NCBI RefSeq assembly: GCF_031769215.1 | Contig: NW_026782185.1 | Location: forward strand, 62,001 to 126,000 | DNA: 64,000 bases | Direction of reading: 5' to 3' | Source: Ylistrum balloti | Lineage: Eukaryota | Shown: in pieces, positions 54,405-64,000 of the stretch | Layout: the number at the start of each line of letters is the position of its first letter | How positions within the stretch are numbered: the stretch's first letter is position 1 | Notes under the pieces: model-generated | What the model saw: only the letters and a program-made list of their open reading frames with translations | Told to the model about the DNA's origin: nothing | The model's database searches: none | Translations under genes and position numbers: made by a program

Positions 54405-55788
54405 CTTTTAAATCACCGACTGAAGACTTGATAGCTTCACTTTGTTTTGCATCATAGAATATTCAGATTTGTCGTCGGAGTTCGTAATTTAAATTTCAAG
54501 AAGTTCTAACTCTAGTTAAGAAAGTTTATTTATAATTGTACATACTTTTTTCAACACTTTTACATTTTTATGCTTGTCATGTTAAGCTCACTTGCGAAAG
54601 TTGTAATAAACATATCAAACTCTCCCTTGTTCTAGTATTAATCACAATGCATACTGTGCGATGCAATTTCTGTTCCCTATAAGAATAGGACAGTATACCA
54701 TACTTATCACAATATGTAAGTAACGTTTAAGTACAAGTGAATGAAAAGTATTAAAAGGAATGATTGATTTTTATACATTTGACTTTGCAACGCAAAGCCT
54801 GAATTTTTCATCTCTCCTCCTGGGCCAATTAGAAATCCATGAGCTTAGCTTTCACCCTGAACACTGGTAGGTGTCACTCGTACACATCAAAAATATACAT
54901 AATGAAAACACGATGGGCTTTATAAAATATACGGAAAATGAAATAAACCCGATATCCTTTCTAAATAGTCAATATAAAATGTAATATTGTAGCAGTGGAA
55001 TGAAGGCGAGTGATGTCAGCAACTTATTGATCAAGGACTTAATCAATGGCTCTCCAACCCCAGCGGCCTCACTGAAAATATGTACATGCTGAATATCAGA
55101 AAATATAGAGATTTGCTGAATAAATAAAAAAAATGTTTATCTTTTACAAAAAGAAAATGTTATAAACCCGACATCAACTTTTAGTTTTGTTACAATAACT
55201 AGTTCAAATTATCCTGTTAAGTATACGTGCAATGATATTACGATATCTCTTGTGTCTGTGATAATCTCCATTATTGTTATATTAAGTAAACGTTATATTT
55301 GAACACATGAAATAGGAGCAAGTCACAACATGTCTTCACATAGTAGGGCTCTCATTTAACACATATCATCTACACTGTCAACAATCGTTCGTACACATAT
55401 CATGATACATATGTACTTCATATACACATGTTCATACACTATAGATCAACCTAATTTAGTATTATATTTAATTTACATAGACACGATTTCCACAACCTTT
55501 TCTCTCACGGTTCTTTTTATAATAGAATTCTACAAAATGACAAAAAGAATATCTTTTCTGATAAAAAAAATTATCAAGGTAAAATAATCTTGCCCTTATA
55601 GGAAACCAGGGAACGAACAAGTTTTCGTAATGTTACATACAGAAAAATACTTATACAGAAAAATATAATATGAATACAGGTAGTCAAGAATAGACTTTTC
55701 TGTTTACACGAGGTGATGTTTCGTCACCGATTCCCCTGTGTATACACTCCGCTATTGCAGCTGATAGGACGAAGGAGAATTAATGAAC

Positions 55789-58700
55789 ATGGCGAATGTG
55801 TTCATCGAGCCTGTCCTTGCGGGGTACACCGGAGAGGAACATGCTGAGGTCTTTGACCTACGAGCAATTCCAAAACCTACAAAAGAACGGAGAGTGGGGC
55901 AACTATCGGAGGACGAAGTGCGGAGGTTCTTTCTAGAGGTGAATACGCTCATTTTGAGTTTCATTTAGTGATTTGTCTTATATATCTTGACTACATCCAA
56001 ATTGATATTGTGTGTGACCGTAATAACAACACTCATCGCTGATTTACGTCAAATCCAAAATATACCATTGTTTGAAATATTCATTGTAAACGGAAAAATG
56101 TCGTCTCATCACAAGAAGGGAGAAAAACAAAAAAAATAAGCTTATTTTTGATATTATAGATGCAGATGGGTGTAGACTAATGTTTACACCTAGTACACTT
56201 ATACCTCACAAGATAAAGACTAGGTTTACACGATGTTTATACTACTGGTAAACTATTTACACAGTAGACCTGGCACAGGTGATGGAGCTATCTCCCCAAA
56301 AAAAGTAATGGACAATAATTTTTACCTGTGTAATATTTAAAGTTCTTACCTGTATAGTATCCTACTGTTATGTCAATGACCTCGTTTTTATTCTTATGTA
56401 ATTTTTGTACAGTATGTGCACACTAGGAGTTGATTAACAATGTTTTACTGATTAGTTATTTGCTCTTTGGTTTGGTAAAGAAGACCAGGTGGTAATTTTT
56501 ACATGTATTTACCTGCATTGTAGTTATTACTATTAATATGAGCTGGTAAAAACAGGACTCCATTTAGGGTTTTGCTGCAAGAAATTGTGGGGGGGGGGAA
56601 GAAGGGGGACGCAAGCAACCGCTGACGCAGGATCCTCCAACGAAATGAAGCATTTGCTGTTAATATTTGAACGTTGAATTACGAGGAGAGAGTGTGAGGA
56701 ATGTGAAAAAGCAAATGATTAATATTAATCTCAAAATATATCTGTTAAACAAATAATCTAACATTCCAAAATAAGCCTGTTTTGCCATCATAAATATTAA
56801 CGACAGTGGACAGTATGTTACATAGACTTTTATTTTTTAAGTCGTATCTTATATAATTAATTGTGATATTTTTATTTTGTCAGTAAAAGGACTTTCATGA
56901 TCATGAATAACATTTTTTAAATTTAAAACATTTACCTTTTATTGTGATTAATATACATCTTTTAATATTTACTGAATACGTTTAATTATATTGTACCAAA
57001 CAGGTAGTATTGTAATATAAGGAATCTCTAGAACCATACAGGTAAAAACCAAACGTTGCCTTGACTTTTTACCTGTGTCTACTCCTAGTTTACATGTAAT
57101 CTGTTTCTTGTAAACTAGAAGTCTTTTTATCGTGCATAACCAATGAAGTAGGGTGTAAAGAGTAGTCTATGTATATCATATTCAATACATGATTCAATCA
57201 ATATTTGTTAATATTTCAAACATCCCCCCTCCCCCTTTCGGTACAGAAATACGTTTGCTAGCTAAATAGGATGTAAGAATACGTTAAATATCAATATAAG
57301 TCAACTTTAATGTAAACCATATTTTGAACAGGGATATGTACTTGTGAAGGATGTCTTCCGAAAAGAAACATTGGAAACCTGCAAAACGGCTATAAATGAA
57401 ATGGTTGATGAACTGGCTCAAAAATTATACAAGGCAGGCAAAATTACAGGTAACGCTACCTTAATGTTTGCCCCTTTCATTCTTTATGTTTTCTATCTCT
57501 CAATTCTAATTTCTGTCAACCGATATTTTAATGATAACGTGCAGAGCGTTTGGGATTTAAGATTTCCATCATGCGTTTGTTCAGTAACAAAATTGTCAGT
57601 TGTGTAATAAGTGCGGAACAACTTTTTCAAATTTATTTTGATTTGAATTTCTTCACTTATGTGTCTTTTGTACAAGCAGATGGTAGACATTGCTTGTGGA
57701 CTTCATGTCCACGAGGATTGTCGTACCATGCATGTTTTAATTCATTCAAATAGTGGCATGGTTCAGAATATACACATATATTTGAAGCTGTTCAAAAATT
57801 TCTAATATATGAAAGTTACGAAATGTATTTTATACTAGGGCTGCTTCACCTCCCCGTCTGGAATTTGACTGTTCATTCGATCACTTTGGATTTCCTTCAG
57901 TCGTCTCCTTGGCTTAGCGTCACTGACGAGTCCTAGAAGGACGAAACAGCCGTATGATGTAGTTTAATTTATTGTTTGGCTCTACATTATTGCATGTCTC
58001 TTGTATAATCTTCTGTAATTGTCCTACGATTACCCATTCAGATCACATTGAAATAAAGTAACTTTTTCATTAACAGATCTATGCACGAACTTTGGATTCT
58101 CCGATAGATTGATCCGTCTGGAAAAGCAGTTTCCGGGAGCAAATGTTCTCTTTATAAAACAAGCGCGATTAACTCAAGTTAGTATGCGTCTTAACATTAT
58201 TTAAGACATGTCGTCAGAGCGGAAAGCAAGAGCAACGAAAAACAAGAAACAAAACAATAAAAATTAATAATAATGATATTAATCGAAAGAAAAGTATGAT
58301 TATTCACGATTACCTAGTATGACTTGAACATTATTAAAAAATATAATAATTTTTTTTCCATTATGCAGATGATTATGAACTGTTTGGATTTTGTGGTCCT
58401 TTCTTGGCACGTCTATACAATTTCTAAAAAGACAAAGCACATCAATATTTTGTCTCAATATATAAATGATTTTGTACATTTTATATCAAACAAACTTCCT
58501 TCTTCCTATTCACATATTTCACAAGGCTTTTAAGGACCTCTGGACAGATGAAGCCTTATTGAACATTATTGAACAGTTGATAGGACCAGATATAGCCGGA
58601 CATCCAGTTTGGAACCTGCGTGCAAAAATACCACGTGATGAGGCTACAACAGTGCCTTGGCATCAAGGTATCGATAGAAAATATTCAAACTATTCCTCCC

Positions 58701-61700
58701 TGATCCAAACTAATCGTTAAAAATATCTGATGTTTTCACTTACTCAGACAAAAAAATAACATAAGATTCATCTTAAATTATAATCGAATATTGTAAGGAT
58801 TTTACGGTCAATTATATCTTTGTAAGCTACATAATTTCATTTAATCCATTTTTGTCTGTTTCTAAAAAGATCTTCAAGTTTATCATTCATAAACAATTCA
58901 CGATCTGCTAGATATACAACATAAAAATATAGCTCAATATCAGATTGCCTGTCTCTATAGTAAACATAGTATGTATGCATCAATTCATCTCCCCGTTTGA
59001 TGTTTCATAAGATCCATATAAGTGATAAAGGTCAGCAAGCACATCAAGAAAATACCAACATGACAACATAATCATAATCCAAACTCAAATTCCATAGAAT
59101 TAGGGCAGAATAGGAACAAAAGTACAAGAAGAATAAGACCAAGTGTTCCGAAAGCGTAAGCGTCTCCTGTTTCACCTACGACACCTGCCATGTAAAACAA
59201 TGGGCATTGGAACTGCATTCCTCATGCTAGACGTTGATAACTATTATATGCAACAATATATATATAACAAGCATTCATTATCTATTTTACTATATTTTCT
59301 ATGAGAAGTTTTTTTATCATACAATCAAACACCTTTACAGTTAAGTTGAATGCCATCCAATAGTGGTTCCTTTTTTAATGTATCTATATTTTCAAAACTC
59401 TAAATTAAAATGATAAAAATCAGTATGATAAAAAATGAGATAAATGTATTGTGTGAAGCAAATGTACATTCTAACAATTATAATTTAAAAAGTGAATATC
59501 CAAGCGACTCTCCTACTTAACCATATCATAATTTACACGAGAACATCATACAGTATAACAATATATAAAGACTTATTTTATATATGCATTTAGTTTCATA
59601 CACAGTAGGGCTATATTGCCATTTTCAAGTCAATATTACGGGCGTGCATTAATATCCGAATGAGTAAACTGATTTTGTTTTATCATATTATTTTATGATA
59701 TAGACAATATTGTTTCTGATCTAAGGGGATTGGTAAGTATGAAGGAGACCATGACATATCATTGCATAACTTTAAGATTAGTAATTAATGTTAATAAAAT
59801 ATTCGATTGAGTTTTATGTCAATTGACCACATCCAACCACCATAGGTGCAAACTCTTAGTATTGACAACAGTGAAAGATTTACTATAACTCTGTTTTTTC
59901 TTGTCTTCATACGTTAAGACAAATTGGTGTACAGCAATGTCGACAAGACATCAATTTCTAAGTATTTTATACATCTATGAATGTTATTTACTAATAATGT
60001 CATCTGTCCTTATAATGCTTTTTCATCCTCGATACTCCAGGGGTTACAATCATTTGCGCCATCTCTGCGCCACTGGAACATTTAATGGCATAATTGAAGG
60101 TTTCTTGTGCGACACCTTATGAACAAGACAAAAAGATTTTTTTTGATCCTTTGATGTACATCAAATGAATCTAGAGGTCGCAAAACAGTGTATTGTGATG
60201 GCTTTGAAGTTGATTGTCGCTCCTTTGTAGTCTTCAAAAGGAATGCATCAGCCTGTAATTGGTCAGTTTGTTATTTCCTGGAACCAATCAGACTACTTTG
60301 CTTGTGCCTTCAATTTTGCCATGACATGTTCCAGGGATGCAAAGAGCCAAAGTGATCATCCTAACTCCTGGAGTATCGAGAGTAAAGTTTTATCGGCAAT
60401 ATTATAAAATTATCATTTTCAAAATCGGCTATATTGATCGACTGAAATTCACCAAGTTGCAATTTTCATTGTAGCTTTGAACACGTGTATTAGAGATGAT
60501 ACGCGCATTTGGACAGCATTATGCATGTAGCCATATAATTTATTTCAAGCATGTTCATGTAAACATAAGTTACTTAACTTAATGTAATATATTTTAACGA
60601 TAATTTGTAGTAACATCCACTCTAGATAGCTGTAAAATGCGTTATATTTAACTTTTCAAAATAAATGTAATGGTTTCAGATAGTGGATACCTAGACACAA
60701 ATAGTTATCGTGTGTTACAACCAACGGCGTGGATTCCGTTTGTGGACGCTACCGAAACTAACGGCTGTTTACAGGTGCGTATATCTACATTCTAAATGGT
60801 CGAAGAAACCGATGGTTGTCATACAGCAACATCTTTAAAAGTAATAATTTCTTTCATATTTCATTACATTTTGTGAAAATTGTTTTTATGTCATCCATAA
60901 AAAAATAGCTTAATATCAAACAGTCTAGTGTTCATATGGTGAGAAATAAATCACATGTTTGTCGTTCAATATTTAGAAAGAAACAGAAAACAGTAGCTTT
61001 ACAGCATGAACTTCTGCTAACTTTGTTGTGAGAAAAGCCAAATAGCATGTACAGGTAGTAATACAAAATGAAGCTTCATGATGTTTAAAGATCTCTCGAC
61101 TCTGATGAAATCATATTGTGACAGAGAAAATGACAAAAAAGTTATAGAAAGAAACAGGACACGAGATTCAAAGTCTCACGGCTCAGAATATACACATGTA
61201 CTTGACATTGTCCGAAAATTATTGGGTATTTGAAAACATGCTATAAATGTGTTCGTCATTTGTACAATTAAGGAGAAATTACTTGTCTCTGTAATTGATA
61301 GATTATGCAAGGCGGTCACAAATCAGGAAAAGTTGCTACTCATCAGTGTTGTCATGGTGGCACGTGGTACGTCATGTTAGAAGAAGACGAGATGGAGAAA
61401 ACACTAGGTAACACAATCCTTTAATAAATACTTGAATTGGTTTGAAATATTTCTTATTCTTTACACAGAAATTGTTTCCTTTTGTCTTTAACGAGGTGTT
61501 TCATGTTAACAAGTCAAATGTTATCATAGCCTTCATCAGACACGGACATATGTCTTTAGAATTGTGACAGGATATTACACGACAATTAAAACTGTTTGAA
61601 TATTTATATATTTGTGATGATCATTGCAGAAGAATTTGTTTTGATACATAAAGGGACATTTTGATGTGTTTAGGTATCAATGTAAAGACAGACATCAGGA

Positions 61701-63437
61701 CGTGCCCAGTTCCGTTAGGGAGTATTATTCTATTCAACAATTTAATTCCTCATAGAAGGTATGTACATGTACGTCACTAAATACATATTCAGTACCTGCT
61801 TGTTTCATTTTGCGTAACATTCTTCGTTTGTAATTATCTTTACAATCGGTAGACGAAAATATTAATTAACATTGTAAGCCTACATTAAATTGCTTAATTT
61901 GAATGGTGCAGTGTTCAGAACTCAATTTATACCTATGTACTTTACGTTCATCTGACATCACCCAACACTGAAACGTATTGAATTACAGGTCAGCTTCACC
62001 TACTCAACGTTAAATCCGGTCAATTTAATTTGCCTTATTTGCCTCCTATGTTTTGGTTCTTAAATTTCCTATCATCATTGACGTATCCTACAAGGACGAA
62101 ACAGCTGTACTGTATCGTATTATAATCATAAATTTGTATTGAACATTGTTATTCATTTGGGTGTCGTTTGTACATTGTTTTGTATATCAATTTGCTGAAG
62201 CATTTTAGGCAAGACCAACTTACTTTGAAATATTTTTTATAGCAAAGTTCGCCCAAGAAATAGTTAACAAATATCAAAGACGGTTGAATTTAATACAAAA
62301 TGTAATGGTAAGGAACGAAATCAGTTTCTTTGCACTGCAAAGATGTCAAAGTCATGTATTTTTCACATTCCCGCAGCTTCCTTTTGCAAACTAAAATTAT
62401 ATAAACAGAGTGTCATAAAATTTGAAGTAAAAAACACTAAACGGATTAAAACAATGTAAGGGAGATAACTTTGAACCGCTCATGTTGTCAAAATTACACT
62501 AAAGTAAAAAAGCATAATTCATTGATTATTTATGTCCCTCTTACGATCTTTCAATTGAAATCCTTATTATTGAGAAGCTAAAAAAGCATAAATATTTGTT
62601 TATATTTTTGTTGTGACAATATCAATGATTCTATATTTTCATTTTGTTCCTAGTGTCCCCAGACGGCTCTTCTCATGTTGAAATGGTATCCAGTTAATTC
62701 TCTTGTTTATTGTGATATTTCTTTTCATTCTATTCCTAATCAAGTTTGAATAACGTATCAGACCATGTCCGGTGGAGTGTTGACCTGCGCTGGCAGAATC
62801 CGGGTTACCCTTATGGGTATTATGACCTCAAAGAAGGGGTCATATTTCGGACAAAGGACAACCCTAACCCCGTGGTGGATTGGGACACGTTTGAAGGGGT
62901 TGATCGGTTCCAGATCAGTGCTGACGCTGTTAAAGAAAAAACGCAGGTGAATATGATTGCTTCTGAAAAAAGAATATTTTGACGGTAAACGAAATAATTT
63001 TTGCTAACGGTAGGTAGTATTTTCACAGTAAATGAAGTTAGATATATTAAGCAGGTAAAGTTGTTTTCCTTTCAATATAATTCACTGAAACAACATCCAC
63101 TGAACAATGTTCATCGGAATACATTTTCGGATTTCGATCGAATTTACCACAGCATGATACATTCTCTGTGCTTCCTTTAGTCTAAAAAACCTATAGGAAC
63201 TTCCATTATTCCGTTTTTTAAAAACTTCATCAGAAAATATTTTCATTGCTGTTTGATAAAATTTATGTTCTTGCTATAAACTGAACCATAGATATTTATA
63301 GATATTGTTTATGTTCGCAGGATGAAGAGGCAGTTGAATTTGATACCTCTATTCAAGGACCTTGGATGAAGAAATGGGAAATCGTCCATATCAATCAGCA
63401 TGTGCTTAAAATGCAGAGTGAAGAAAAATCATCTTAA
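55789..63437 (+). CDS. PhyH-family Fe(II)/2OG dioxygenase, paralogue D, 9 exons, 371 aa (most divergent)
   Basis: Exons 55789-55938 (in-frame ATG also at 55783), 57332-57449, 58077-58177, 58526-58667, 60680-60774, 61302-61407, 61674-61758, 62745-62946 and 63321-63437. HQD, PHRS and RWSVDLR intact. Confidence 0.93.
57917..57960 (+). ncRNA. Minimal type I hammerhead ribozyme with intact catalytic core, in intron 2 of paralogue D (sense)
   Basis: Stem I GCGTCA(57917-22)/TGATGT(57955-60); core CTGACGA (57923-29); stem II GTCCT-AGA-AGGAC (57930-42); GAAA (57943-46); minimal stem III AC-AGCC-GT; GUA cleavage triplet (57952-54). Confidence 0.8.
60028..60380. mobile_element. MITE with ~55-bp imperfect terminal inverted repeats, intron 4 of paralogue D
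   Basis: CTCGATACTCCAGGGGTTA...CACTGGAACA on the left is the inverse of TGTTCCAGGG...TAACTCCTGGAGTATCGAG on the right. Confidence 0.65.
62071..62115 (+). ncRNA. Decayed minimal hammerhead-ribozyme copy, intron 7 of paralogue D
   Basis: CATCA-TTGACGT-ATCCT ACA AGGAC-GAAA-CAGCTGTA: stem II, GAAA, palindromic ACAGCTGT and GUA are kept; core positions and stem I are mutated. Confidence 0.55.
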
Positions 63438-64000
63438 CAGTTCTATTTCTGCTTATTTTATTGACAATTCAAATTTCATAGATTTAAGTCGATCAAATAA
63501 CATTTACAACAGTATTGAAGCCCTGGTAAATACTAGCCACAATATACCACTCGGCTAGACAGAACTTCTCTTAAGCACCAAAGGTCTCGAGTTCCTAGCG
63601 GAGACATTGAAATAAAAGATAACCTCTGTTACAGTAAGAAAATTGTTTAAGAAGTTTACCGCACAAACCACACATTAACCGACTGTAGGATAAGAACAGC
63701 TTCAGAAGCAAGACTGGTTTGTTGTTTTTTAATCTTCGTTGTTTGCAATTCGTTGTTAACTATCTGGATGTTCTACTAAAACTATTGCATGACCATCACC
63801 TACAGCATTGCTTTAGTACGAAGTTCCACGATGGTTGCATTCGTCAGGTAATGTAGATGTTTAAAATTATCCGGTCAATATCTGCATGATTGCAATTAAT
63901 GTTAATTGGCGTATAACTAGCTCTTTTTGTGTAAGTACGGTAATTGTTTTCTAACTTTGATAGATTGCTGTCTGTTTGTTTGTTTGCTTTTTTTTTTTTT

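Noticed and set aside
63195-63235. - strand CTGATGA followed by a GTTTTT/AAAAAC hairpin, resembling a hammerhead
   Set aside because: It is followed by GGAAT rather than GAAA and has no stem I/III or GUH geometry. Other CTGATGA/CTGACGA hits (for example about 2607, 11784, 29704, 45506, 52622) also lack stem II plus GAAA.
30615-63437. Assigning the PhyH paralogues the symbol PHYH, or calling them halogenases
   Set aside because: There are no peroxisomal targeting signals and orthology cannot be established by eye. The HxD aspartate is retained, unlike HxG/A halogenases.

Overview
Eukaryotic, AT-rich, intron-containing genomic DNA. The repeat content (Helentron/HINE-type elements, V-domain SINEs, Penelope-like remnants) suggests a mollusc, probably a bivalve; this is inference. 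Left half: the 5' part of BTBD7 (- strand), whose probable 13-kb first intron holds a ~6.1-kb complex minisatellite (source of the spurious CIYT/LYLHL ORFs) and a HINE with 156-bp tandem units. Head-to-head with BTBD7 is a two-exon 76-aa COX8-like gene (+) absent from the ORF track, followed by a complete four-exon CCDC97 (-). Right half: four complete tandem PhyH-family Fe(II)/2-oxoglutarate dioxygenase paralogues (+) with an identical 9-exon structure, plus an extra first exon, a near-intact DD34E Tc1 transposon, SINEs, MITEs, Penelope-like remnants and a 163-N gap. Highlights: a minimal type I hammerhead ribozyme with an intact core in a sense-strand intron (plus two decayed relatives), an array of seven stop-containing decoy splice acceptors at the split catalytic Asp codon of one paralogue, and the BTBD7-COX8 head-to-head linkage that appears to mirror human BTBD7-COX8C. 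All exon coordinates were derived by eye from GT-AG sites and reading-frame continuity.
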